DNA of 63,757 nt, counting the filler, from Choristocarpus tenellus KU-1152 (lineage: Eukaryota > Protista > Phaeophyceae): assembly GCA_964200185.2 (NCBI GenBank). It is 12 parts of 12 records of this genome, joined end to end, with 100 filler letters (N's around TTAATTAATTAA, not from the genome) between each part and the next. Parts side by side here need not be neighbours in the genome. Positions count along the whole stretch, not along the records: positions 24,079 to 28,731 come from CAXNAD020013619.1; positions 28,832 to 37,637 come from CAXNAD020004312.1; positions 37,738 to 41,142 come from CAXNAD020020256.1; 9 more parts are not named here. One strand, written 5' to 3'. Shown piece after piece: positions 25,453 to 37,911 of this stretch. Positions within the stretch are counted from its first letter, which is position 1. The number at the start of each line of letters is the position of its first letter. The notes under the pieces are model-generated. The model saw nothing but the letters and a program-made list of their open reading frames with translations. It did no database searches and was not told where the DNA came from. The position numbers were made by a program, and so were the translations under genes.

Positions 25453-26856
25453 TTAAATGTTTTGAAAAATGGTTGGTGGTTAGGGTCTGTTGCCGTTGCG
25501 TTATGATGAACGCAAAAGTATACTATGTTTTTATGTTGGGTTTGTTTTGTATCCAATGTTGGGTTTATGGCTTAGCAAAGATAAAGATATAATTTTTGTA
25601 GTCATGTTAGGATTTTTTTGTATCTTTATTAGGGTTAGGGTTATGTATCCATGATGAAGTTCGAGGGTGTCACAGGGACGGATATTGGACAATTGTGTTC
25701 GTGTTGGTTGGTGGTTTGTGTCATGGTTTGTATATGGGCCTAAAGGTCGGTCTAAGGGTTAAGGGAAGTTAGGTTGGTGGGGTGCGACCCATGCTCTTGG
25801 TAAGGATAATGTAAAGCGCGAGGCATATCGTGATGCAGGGGTTGCTTTTTACATATTCCAAATTGACAGTGTTAAGGAAAAGATAACGAATATCTTGCCC
25901 CGTCTACAAGAATGAAGGCTAGCACTGTGATTACAATTTGTGTCATTCTTAGTACAAAAGATTATATACAGTGTAAGTAGGGTTAGAGGTTGGTTTAGGA
26001 ATCGCGCTTAGGATTAGGGTAGAAATCGACCCATGTCCACATTGTGGTAAAGAGTGCATTTGGTGAGAAGACATTTTGACGTATTATCCACTACTGGTTA
26101 TGGCAGCAAGGTTCGTGTATGTACGTGTGATGTGATTGCTTCGTGACCTTGGGGGTAAGAAAGTGAATATCATTATTTAGCTAGAGCCCTGGGTTTATGA
26201 CATGGTTAGAGCTAGTTGCCAGTTACGTTAAAAGAAGAGATTGTACAGATTTGTGGATGAGTTGAAGTATGGTGCTAGATTTACTGAATGCAGGAAGGTT
26301 AGGATGGTGAGTGTTGGGTACGAAATAGAGAAAATAAGTGGCCGTTGATAAGGGAAGGTGTCAAAGGCATGCATTGCCGACGTGCTTTGGAAACTTGTCT
26401 GAATGGAACGAAAAGAGTGGGTTATAAAATGTAATATTTTGGTAGTGCTTGCATTGGCTTTGGTACACTTTAGTCAGACAAACAATAACCTGAAGTATCG
26501 TATCTCATGTGAAGTGACACATCTGACTGCTCCACATAGATCCAACACCACTGTGAAAAGGTGAAAGCCGTCTGATCCAAACCACATGAACACACACGAG
26601 TTGGAGACCATCCAAGTAACAGTTAGGTCCTAACGGAACAACAACACTAAAACTACCCATACTACAAGCTCGATCAGAAACAACGATGAAGACTCTCTGC
26701 TTCAATTCATGGGCATGTTGGAATCGGCACCCATCGCCCTTCTCCCACCAGCCTACGAGTTTGGGGTAGGGTGCCCACATACCCCTAGAGTGTCTCACGC
26801 CCTTCTCATCTTCGGTCGGAATAGAGACTGACATCTCTCCTTCCCCTTTGTCACAA

Positions 26857-28731
26857 TCAGACTTGGAAATCTGTACTATCCACAGAAGGGTTTTCCTCAT
26901 CCATCACCGGTGTCCTTGAGAGTGCAAAATTGCACAACTCTGAGAGATTATTGACCAGGAGCTGGAGGCGATCCGGGTCATGATTATTGCCCAACACGGT
27001 GCATGTAATAACAATGCCTCCACGCTGGACTTGGAGCTTAGCAACCGCGGTTTCGTGGTCCACGTGTGTTTTGTCGCTGAGCTCGTGTAGTTCATGAATG
27101 CCCTGGACGTTCCCGAAAGGTGTGACCATGATGCTTGATACTGCAACAGGATGTTTAGCGGAAAGCAATAGTGGAAGGGGTTAGGCGTTAGAGTACAATC
27201 CAGGATCCGTGGTAGACACTTCGTTACGATTGTCTAAGGATTCCTCCTTTTTTTCGTGTATGATGGGATCCTCATACAAACAAAAAAAGGCTAACTCTAC
27301 AGTGTGACACGGACCCAAAATGGCGTGCTCATAGCTTTCTGGTACATGTCCTGATTTTGTTGGGAGTGCGTATTCAATTGCACTGTTGTAGTGGACGTAA
27401 CTAAAAGGTACAAAGTATTGGACATCGATAATGGGACCCAAATAGATCTGTAGGATGACTGGTCTGAAATGGTGAGGCGTTACTTAGATGGCGATTTTCT
27501 ATGCTTGGCCTTAGGCACGCGATGTCGGTGTATGTAGGTGAAAAGTGGAGAAGGTTGCGCAATAGTACATGATACAATGCCAAAAGAAATGGTTGGTGAT
27601 GATGTCTTGTGGCTACCGACATAAAACATCAAAAGGATGAAGATATGTAAACATTCGTGTGGTTGAGAATACATGGGACACATGTCAATGTAGAGAAATC
27701 TGTGTGCGTAAGAGTGTCCAGGGTTGGGGAACTGAAGGAGAGACGAGGCACTGTGATTGAAGAGGGCAAAGGTTTGTGATGTAGATATAGTTGTATGTCG
27801 TACGATGCTTTGGTAGCTTGCCTTCGTGTTCATCGCTGGCCTTTTGAGTAATACACTTGGAGTATTTCACGATGTCGTAGAATAGATCACCCTTTTCCAC
27901 ACCTTGCAACACGAAGTCCTTTATCTCCTGACAAATTTTCAGGGTTTGGGAACGTTGTTAATCACAGGGGTTGTCGAGTTTGTGAAATGTAAGGAATGGT
28001 AATGCGAACGACAGTCCAGAGGAGGACCTCACATCCCCTGCGTACCTCTTCGGACAGGGTGTAGTTATTATTTGGAGTAGGGTTGTCAGGCGTCCCGTTG
28101 GAGGAGTCTTCCGCATTGGGGTCGATCCTGACCTCGTCCTTCCTCTTGAGGTCATTCATGACCTGAATAGCGACCTCGAGGACAGCCACTTTGATGAGGA
28201 CGCGCTTAAGGTGCATCCTCCTTGCATGCGCAAGTCGTAGTTTGTGCGTGTCCGGTGGAAAATCCTGGTAGGTTTGTGCGGATTTCAAGGTGGCATCGGC
28301 GGGTCCCTGGCGAAATTTTCTTCCCCTTCCCTCATGCCCTCTTGGGTTGATCCTCGTGGGGGTCGGTCTGTTTCTTTGACCTCTCAGAGTCTTCGAGAAC
28401 TGTCATGGAGGAGGGAATGGGGAGTGGGCAAGTTCATGAGTTGTGGGTCAACGAGTGAATGATACTTTGTGTTGCGGCAGCGTCAGCCCAGTGCACACGT
28501 TTTTACAGCAGCTGAGCAAAATCAATCTCACGACTGGACGTACCCCTTCATCTGGGAAGATCTCCGTGCGGATCACGTACGAGAGAGAGAGCGTGTCCCA
28601 CGGTAGGTTTTTGGCTGCCTCATGGGAGAAAAAATGCTTTCTGTAGACATGGGTGAACCCCCCACTGTTCCTGGGGGACTCAATTGCCACATCTGGGTTG
28701 GTGTAACACAGCACAGTGAAGGAGTCCACCG
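26857..28731 (-). pseudogene. Decayed intronless long ORF of unknown family
   Basis: ORFs 28448-28729 and 27962-28288 share one frame; 27685-27912, 27181-27441 and 26857-27168 share another, implying one ~600-codon frame with scattered stops and one frameshift near 27950. Confidence 0.45.
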
Positions 28732-29077
28732 NNNNNNNNNNNNNNNNNNNNNNNNNNNNNNNNNNNNNNNNNNNNTTAATTAATTAANNNNNNNNNNNNN
28801 NNNNNNNNNNNNNNNNNNNNNNNNNNNNNNNGACACCAACACTCCCCCCCAGATACTTTGACCAAAATACGAATAGTTTGCCATCAATTGTTACTATGCA
28901 ATGGGACTTAGTTTACTGACCATGATACTTCATTTGTTAAATCTCTTTTAATTGGCACCTATTGGTCAACTTCACGGAGATAAAACAAGATACTTCAAGG
29001 CACTAGTGTAGAGGTTTTGTGTAGATTAATTGGTGTGTAGCTCTTGTACAGACTGGGGATACCACTTTGCTTGCCTA

Positions 29078-29255
29078 GGATCAAAGTATCTGGGGGGGGG
29101 TTGTCAGCGTCCGTTTTTCACCCTTTTTTCGATTTTCACTTTTTTTGTGTGATTTGGTCACACGTGTCAGATTTGAAATGTCAGCCATGAAAATAGTTCT
29201 TTGATCGAAACAGACGCCCCCTCACAAACCACCCCCCGCCCATATACTTCGACCC
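29078..29255 (+). mobile_element. MITE family 2 (~180 bp; TIR GGGTCAAAGTATCTG(n))
   Basis: TIRs ggatcaaagtatctggg / cccatatacttcgaccc, CTA duplicated on both flanks; near-identical interior at 37467-37637. Confidence 0.85.
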
Positions 29256-30454
29256 CTATGTGTACCTACCTTGTCATCCTGCTTGTGGTAACCCCAGTTG
29301 ACCATGGGACTGTCAAGCTTTATGGGATGAAAGTGCCTACCTAGGCGCTTTTGCTTTCAGGATGCCCCACAAACAAGTTACCAATCTCTTGAAGGCAATT
29401 AATTATTGACTAGTCAGTCGTTTTAGGTTGCCACTCAAGTGCATGTATGGGTTAGAAAAGAACACACCAATCTCTCTTTCCTGGTTTTAGTAGAAACTTG
29501 AAAAAATCACTAGCTACTTTATGGGTGGACAATAAGTAAGTGCCTAGCACCATGTACTCTGAATTACTACTGCACACTACTTTTCTTTCCATACCTAGCA
29601 GTCGGACAGATGGTCTATTGTTCCAAAATACCCCGAATTTTGCTTTAGTTGGCAATAGGTCTCTCTGTATGATACCATATACGTACTTTTTATATTACTA
29701 CAGTTATATACATAATTTTGTGCTGAGAGTTGAGTAATCAGCAGGAAAAAGTAGTACCTGGGCAATGCACCTTACTATTGTTCATTTTCGATAATTATGA
29801 CCACGTTTTTCTTTTCAACCCATAGCAGAATAGCTGTAGTCGCTCCAGGCACAAGCATCTATAGTAAATATTAGTGCTTTGATTCTCCTGTAGAAGCTCC
29901 ATGCTTTTTAGTTGCGGTTCTTCTTTCCTATACCTACCTTACTCACTCACCCACCCACCCACCCCTTAGGAATGTCAAGCGTTGGGTATGATAGGACAGG
30001 TGGAACCAAGAGTCCTATTTCTCAGGGAGGGGGGGGGGAAGTTCAGCCAAGCAGAATGGTAGGAGTTGGCACACCCACTTCTGGGCTTCACAACACTTCA
30101 TCTCACTTTGGCAGCACAACTGGCAGCAAGGCTAGCTTTGGGTGACATTTTTCAAGCCGAGAGACGGTGAATATGTGCCAAGAGTGCAGCAGGAGGGGTA
30201 TTGCAGGGTTCGTGGTATGTATAGAGTTGAACCGTTCTGTTGCTAGGACATCCAGGCGAGCATGGGCAGGGTGACATTTGTCATTCTTCTTGACACCATG
30301 CAACTAGGGGGTCACAGCCTCAACCAAAATCTCTTCAAAGATAGAGATCAGGGGGCATCATACATTTTTTTTGCTGATAGAAGGATGTCTTGTGTGTGGC
30401 ATTGACTGTGCCAAAAACATTGATCTACCCTTCAACATTCGTAATTCCGGGGAC

Positions 30455-30714
30455 GAGACAAAGCATTTAAGAGGGTAGGGCCGTGTCCGTTTGGGGTCCA
30501 AAATCCAATGTTACGAATTTGATGTAATTTTGGCTGTTGTGTTTGTTAGCAGGTGTCAATATCCTTGCTCTGGACACACCTTTCATAGTCCTATACATGT
30601 TTAAGGTAACTGTGTTCTCACAGAAAACCGAAAAAGGGCATAAAAAAAACGTGGGAAGCCAAGCCCCGAATGGACAAACAGGGCAAACTCCTACCCTCTT
30701 AAATGCTTTGGGTT
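30455..30714 (-). mobile_element. MITE family 1 copy (variant TIR subfamily)
   Basis: Reverse-complement match to 2149-2407; both TIRs carry the same variant AAAGCATTTAAGAGGGTAG. Confidence 0.85.
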
Positions 30715-33700
30715 GGAAGCTAGCACTGATTGGCAGAAAAAGGCTGCATTCGCTCATGCTGTAAATTGCAACATACTTGATTAAATCGGTGGCAACATGT
30801 CCAGGTTATCTCCAATACCTTCATTTCCCTTCAAAACGAACAGTGGCTGTGATTGAGAATGGGTCAGCTTTGGATTGTGCTATGATTGCACAAATATAGT
30901 CACAAAATGTGACAAGATGAACTCTATGTGGCACGTGTGTGAGTATGTCGCAGGTGTTGACACAATCTTTCCAAGATTATTAATAGTACGTATGAATGAT
31001 TCAAAGGAGATAAGGGACATGTATACAGAAAAAAAAATCGTTTTATTGCTGTTGACAGTCAACACGTGACGGAAATAAGACCCTGGAACTCAGGCATTTG
31101 AAATTGTCTCTATCCATGAGAACAACTGCAATTTAGAGGAAAAAAGTGGTATTCAACCCTCGTGTCTTCTAGACTTGAAAATATTATGTCAGATTTGAAC
31201 AAAACTCTTGTATCAGATTGTACCCGAAAACGCATATGTAGTATTGACCCAAAGGACAAGATTGGGGAGACAGTCACTCTGAAAGAAGTATACATTTGAC
31301 ATCAACAATAGTTTGGTCAGGAAACTTTCTCTGCTTAAGATTTTCTCAAACGGTAATGTGACAGCCCAATCTGGTAGTGCATGGAATGAATCCCTTCGCA
31401 ACACTCCTCACTGATACTGAAAATTCTATAGTATGTTGATGGGTGATAAAGAACGCCGCAAGAACCTCAATTGATTGAGAAATTACCCTTGAGTATATGG
31501 TGTGCGGATGTACATGTACATGTGTGAACAGTACCAAGCTTATAGGAAACGGAAACAAGCAAAATACTGGAGAAATTCAATGCATGAAATACGTATATGG
31601 AGTCAACAGACCTGAGGCAAACGCTCCCCCAGCTGAACATGACCATATGCTTTTCTGGGCTAGATGCCTTAATGAGAAACAAACGATATAGGGCGTACGT
31701 CGTGATTTAGGGCCTGACATGCCTCAAAGTAAACTTTCAAAACGGCCTGTTACGTTTACAAATACTTTTTATCACAAGTGTGGTCCATATGTTTTGTTTT
31801 ATGACCTGTTTTATTCACTTTTTGATTAAGACATTTGGCCTTGCACTGCAAAGTGTGCTCGTTTTGTTGTTGCTACAAAAACAGAACCAGCGCAACATAA
31901 CATAAATTAGTTGTAAATTTGATTCATATCCATCTGCACCAAGGGGTTCTAAGAAAAACACTCAGAACTCCACACTCTTGCCCTGGGCAGCAATGTCTAA
32001 GCCTGTACAAATCCACTATCTTCAGTCTTTCAACTCAAGAAATTGTGGTTCCAATTCAATATTCGAAGGTGAAGGATGACTTGGCCCTTCACCACCATCA
32101 CTACGACCATCCTTGTGTCTTAATGTTTTTTTTGTTTACTCTCCTTGTCACCACCCTTAATTGTAGATATTGCACCACAAACGGCATTCTTCATTGGCTC
32201 ATCCCCAACGTCCTGCACAAGGGCCTCAACTACATTACCCTGGTGTTCTACTTGTAGTCATTCCTGAGCCTTCAACAAGCTATTGTCGGTCAGGGGCTTG
32301 TTGTAGGCTTGATTACAGGGCTTTCTAAAGGCCACCTCGAAGTTAGCATCACATAAACTTGTATCCTGTTAGCAACAATGGTGGATGGAGTCCATCAACT
32401 GCATATATGAATATACTACTACAATTATACTATTATTTTCTATTTTAGCAATATTGTGACAATAGTACAACAAACAAAAAAATATAATTATTGGAATTAG
32501 TATAGTGTAATATGTACACAAGTTGAACGTTGGGGGGACTTGTCATTTTCTACACTCCAGTACGAAGTTCTAAGAGGTGCTATGAGGTACTTCAAAGCTC
32601 ACTACAAGGGCAGTGATAACATCAAAGAGGGAGGCGTCAGTACGCTCTATGGACCTCTTGAGGTGTATGTGTTCTGACCTTAGGGTTAGGGTTTTTAGGG
32701 TTCACTTTCGACGACACTTTCATTTAACAGTTGTGTTTATCGTTAATCTTCTTCCACACCTACACTATCCTCAGCAGGGTTCGCTGTAGTATTCAGGCAT
32801 GGGCATGAGTATATTTCACAAGGTTCAAAGGGCTTTCCAATACCGAACAACAGAGAAATAAACCCTTCCAAATCAATAATAGTACTTAATCCATTGAAAT
32901 ATGGGAGAATCGGAGACGGCGAAAAGAATCAGCTTCGACTCACCAATATTTCTATTTCTATGGATGAAGTTCTAAGTTGGAAGGGTTGATTTTTCTATTA
33001 TTTAGAAAAAAAATTCGACACAATTCAGAAAATATCCTTTATGAGCTTGTAACCGACGGGCCAAAATTGTCCCCTGTAGATGGTTTTACTCAATACATTG
33101 TTGTATCTACTTAAACGCTAGTAGTCAGACCTTTAAATTATCGCGCCTTATTACAACCCTGTAACTCATTGTAATGCCTTAACAAGCGCTCTCAGCATGA
33201 CATGGTGCTGTGAATGTTGGCGTGTTGTGGCGACCCAATGAGTGCTGCAACTACTATAAATTTAACCATAAGAATATTAATTTGTGGCTCTGATGGTTTT
33301 GGTGGCTCCAATAGCGCGTTGTAGAGCTAGGAATGCCAGCATCATTGGGAAATACTAGGGGCACTTGAACAGTAGCATGCTACTTAGCATGCTACAAGGC
33401 GCCTTGCAACAAAATGAATGTTCGATGGTTGAACATTTGGCAGATACTGTCAGGGAGAAAGAAGCAACACACACCATGGCTGGACAGGTGGTCGAAGACT
33501 TGACAAAAAGGAGAGCAGAAAACCTTACATATACATATACCCAACAAAAACAGGGACACATAAATACACACCCCGCTGTAAGGATCCTTGCGTCATCTTT
33601 ATGGCACTCCTAATGCTACACTGTGCTATGTGTCGCCTTAAAACGGTCCTAGCATTCCTAGCACTGCGTTGTGGTATATATGACACCATAGGGTGGTCTT

Positions 33701-35637
33701 AGACGTCCCAGTAATCCTACCACCATATGGTGTCATTCAACACCTTCATGAAGCACTCTTCCCAGTGTTCGTAGTGCCATGTGCTACCTAATGGCGGTCA
33801 TATATATCATAACAAACCTAGTGGTATGTGTCACTATGTGTCGACTCACAACTCTTGGTACTGTTCCTACCGCTAGATATGTAAATGGTGGTGTAGCAAA
33901 CTTCAAACGAAATTCATACTTCCAGTTTCATTTTTACTGTACTTACACGCCAAATTCATTTTTTGATTTTTAGTTTCACATTACGTACGGTCTATTACGT
34001 ATTTCTCATGAATATACAACATTCTTACAACATTATTATACCATGTACCAAACTTGAAAGAAAATTCAGTCTAACGAAACGTCAAAGAATGCCCATTTTT
34101 TTACACTATTCTTCAATTCTTGAACTATTGGATTTTTCGTTTTCTTTGTGGATAGACAAGACTCACAAATGTCAGTTGTTAGAATGAATAGACGATGCAC
34201 TTCAACATAGAATTTCAAACGAGAACAAGCACTAATGATTGGGTATCATTTTTTCACACTACTGTCACCATTATTTACTTGTCCAATAACTATTGCATAG
34301 GACTGTTGCATAATACTACAAAAACTTCGAATGAATTACACACTTCTTTGTATGCCTATTTTCTCGGTCAATATTGTACTTATGCGACTGTCTAGTAGTT
34401 CTTAGTTTTTCTTAACATGCCAAACCAAGTATCGAATTTTTGTAGATACACAACTCATGCCATCAATATTGCATTCCAAGATTGTAAAAGAAAATCTAGC
34501 CCAATAAAGTATCGAAGAACGACAAGGCCTTCTACAAAATTCTGGTTGAATTTTTGAATTTTTCATTTTTCATTTCTTTTGTGTAACACCAACATCTTGG
34601 AAATATCAGTCGGCATAATATACATACACAATACACTATTCTTTACGTAACAAATTCAAATGAGTACACAGTTATTATGGTATGGTGTCATTCTTTTGGG
34701 ATATGTGTAGGTACATGTGTGGAAGCGTTAAAGGTACCAAGTTCTCTGTTCAAGGGGGCAATCACAAATACCGGAGTGAACTCTTCCACAGTGTGTGCGT
34801 CGGAGATCCCAAAAAAGGAACCTGTCCTTGACACATGACTGATTTATTTGAGTTTTGTTTGAACGAATAAGTCAAACAGGACTACTACGGGACGTCCTAA
34901 TTACCAACCCCCCATAAAATATATACATTATTGCACATCCTTTTTCCAATATTATTTACGGTTTGGGAGGTTAGGGTTAGGGTTAAGGTTAGGGTTATAT
35001 GTATGCACATTACTACAGGTATAATATATGATGGGGGTCTGGTTATTAGTACGTCCCTTCGATCCTTCTTCAACCTGTCCTTTTCGTACGACTGACTGCT
35101 ACTACTACTGGTACTACTACTTGTAGTAGGAATGTTTATCAATCACGTGTACAAAAAAAAAAGTCCAAGAAAAAAAACGCAACGGTCCAATCAGGGATTC
35201 AACCAGGACTGGAAAAGAGTGGTTTGGTTCGGAGCCAGGTTTTACATTAAAAAAAGAGATACCTTCAGACAAAATGTGGAGGAGTTGATGAGTTATTACG
35301 TAATATGCCACTTTTTCGGTACTTGGTCTTGATGTCAAACAAAAAGCCAACAAAATGATCAGTCATGCAATGCAACATATGAGTATGAGACAAATGCACT
35401 CACTAGGTTAAGCATATATTAATAATAGTGTAGGGGAGTTTTTTGGGGGGAGGAGACAGTACGCACGTGGCTGAAGATCTGATTTCTGAATTTTTATTTG
35501 ACATCACGAAGCAATTGCCAAAACGAGACCATAATGTTTGCCACACCATTAGTAGTCATTGAAAGTGAACTATCCCATCATTTCATATCACACTCGAAAA
35601 AAGGAAATGCAGGATCAAAATACATAGAAGAACACTA

Positions 35638-35704
35638 ATAACAGCCGATTTCAAAAATTGAGGATGGAGCTTTTCATTGAGGATGGGCTTGACCCAAAAT
35701 TGAC
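35638..35704 (+). repeat. 67-bp dispersed repeat, identical reverse-complement copy at 39439-39505
   Basis: Base-by-base identity over 67 nt on two contigs; flanks unrelated. Confidence 0.92.
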
Positions 35705-37466
35705 TGGAATAAAGTGTCGACATGTTTTTTTAATAATATATATACATATTTTTAGAAGCTATTCTCCTTTCAATTTTTCGCTTTTTTCATGGATGACAAT
35801 CTTGCATGTACAAAATGATATTTGGCAAAAAAATGCGTATTTTAAATATGCATGCATTAGAATATTCGGTATATGTTTTTCCTTTTACTTAGACAACGTT
35901 GACAAAATGTCAGTGGGCATAATGAACGTGCTGTACAACGTAAGACTTCTTTATATGCTGTACTACTACTTTCTTTATACTGTATACAACATAGTATTAT
36001 AAATTTGCTCCTTTGTTACCCCATACCCTACGCTCCCATTTCCCGCGTATCCAGTCACCAACCACAGAGACCACTCTCCGCACATCCAGCCTGGCCGATT
36101 TTCACGTATCTGCTCACCAACTAATGCGCCCAATTCTCGCACATCCAACATGATCCCTTCCACATATCCAATTACCAACCAATGTAGCCGATTTCCACGA
36201 AGCCACTCCGCCTTCCTCCACAACAGTCTCCACCACATTTTACCACTCCACGACACTCCACATTCATCCAAGAACATGGGGTATCCCTCAATCATCCACT
36301 CCCATACCTTGCCTTTGAGCTAGAAGACCTCTACCCCGCCCGAACTTGACAAATAATGCCGCTTATTGTGAGCAATCAAGAGGGTTGGTAGGTGGGGAAG
36401 ATTGATCAACGGTTGCCTTGGTCCTGCCCTTCTTGTCCTCCTAATTCCGGCTTCGCCTTTTACCTTTCATTCTGCCTCACTCCTCCTTACTCTCAATATT
36501 CTCCTGCCACTCATTTCCTACTAGCTCTCCACCATCCAATCTTTTACTTTCTGTCTCTACCCTCCTGATATTTTTCTTCTTCTCCTGCTAAGACCAAGCT
36601 AACTGTACGTATCTACCACTGCGAACTATCATGCTCACAAAACTCAAATTGGTTCACAAGCTCTCCCTATGTACAGAACTCAAAATAAACTCCGAGAAAG
36701 TCGGAAAGAGGAAAACACCTCTATAGGTTTGTAACAGTAGGAATTTATACTTGGCTTTACATAATATATACACCAGAGACACCCCGAAGAGCTGGTCCTG
36801 GTGAGCTTTCTGCTTTAAAATATTTTTATTACAATATGCATGAGCACGCAGCCGACCCTACGGGCAAGGTTTAGAGCTGATGCTGGTAACGTATAGACAC
36901 AGGCGGAAGGACAGACAAGAGTTACTTTGATTTCTGTGTCTGGAGGTGTTAATATTAGCGAAATTAGGAACAGGTGTGCTTGAGAGAGCTGGTACTTTTA
37001 AAAATCGTTTTTAACGATACGGAAGTGAGAGGGTGGGTACTGATAAGGTACAGACAGATGATAGACATAGAGATGGATGGGCGGACAGGGATTACTTGGA
37101 TTTTACACGGTACATAAAAGAGAGGACCCCAAATGGTTGTAAGGGTCCCTATCAAGGAATAAATATGCCCTTCTGGGAAGGCTTGTACCCCCAGGGGTTC
37201 CAGAAGAGGAGAGGGGGTAGCATGGTGCAGCTCCTTGTCTCTCTGCCCAGAACGGAGGTTATTTTATTTTGTTCAAGTCAATTTGTGGCATCGAAATCTG
37301 AGTGACATTCGAACTATATCATAACTAAGTAGGACTTCATTGTGTCAGTGTAGGAGTCGCTTTCTTCTCCTCAATCTACTATGATTACGATTGTGTTGAA
37401 AAGATAGACAGAAGGATGGGCGGACAGGAGTCAAAACAGTTATACACAGAATGAGAGAGATGAAAA

Positions 37467-37637
37467 GGGTCAAATTATCTGGGGGGGGGTTGGCGTCCGT
37501 TTTTCACCCTTTTTTCAATTTTCACTTTTTTGGTATGATTTGGTCGCACGTGTCGGATTTGAAATGTCAGCAAAAAAAAGAGCTGTTTGACCGAAACGGA
37601 CGCCCCCTCACCACCCCCCCCCCCCCCCCCCTCTCCC
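37467..37637 (+). mobile_element. MITE family 2 copy, broken at its poly-C TIR by the contig end
   Basis: Aligns with 29078-29240. Confidence 0.85.
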
Positions 37638-37737
37638 NNNNNNNNNNNNNNNNNNNNNNNNNNNNNNNNNNNNNNNNNNNNTTAATTAATTAANNNNNNN
37701 NNNNNNNNNNNNNNNNNNNNNNNNNNNNNNNNNNNNN

Positions 37738-37911
37738 GTGTTTGTTATGAAGTGTCAATATCTATGTTTCGGACACACCTTTTCATAGCATACACATTTT
37801 ACCTACTCTTAAACATTTTGGAGTAGGAAAATGTCATGAAAAACCCATGGGAAGCCAATCCCCAAATGGACAAAAAGGGAAAAATTCGTACCCTCTAAGA
37901 TAGTTTCACTC
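37738..37911 (-). mobile_element. MITE family 1 copy, truncated by contig start
   Basis: Reverse-complement match ending in taccctctaagatagtttcactc. Confidence 0.85.

Noticed and set aside
25407-28863. TIR at 28832-28863 as the right end of the element starting at 25407
   Set aside because: Separated by a linker; contig order is not known to be real.
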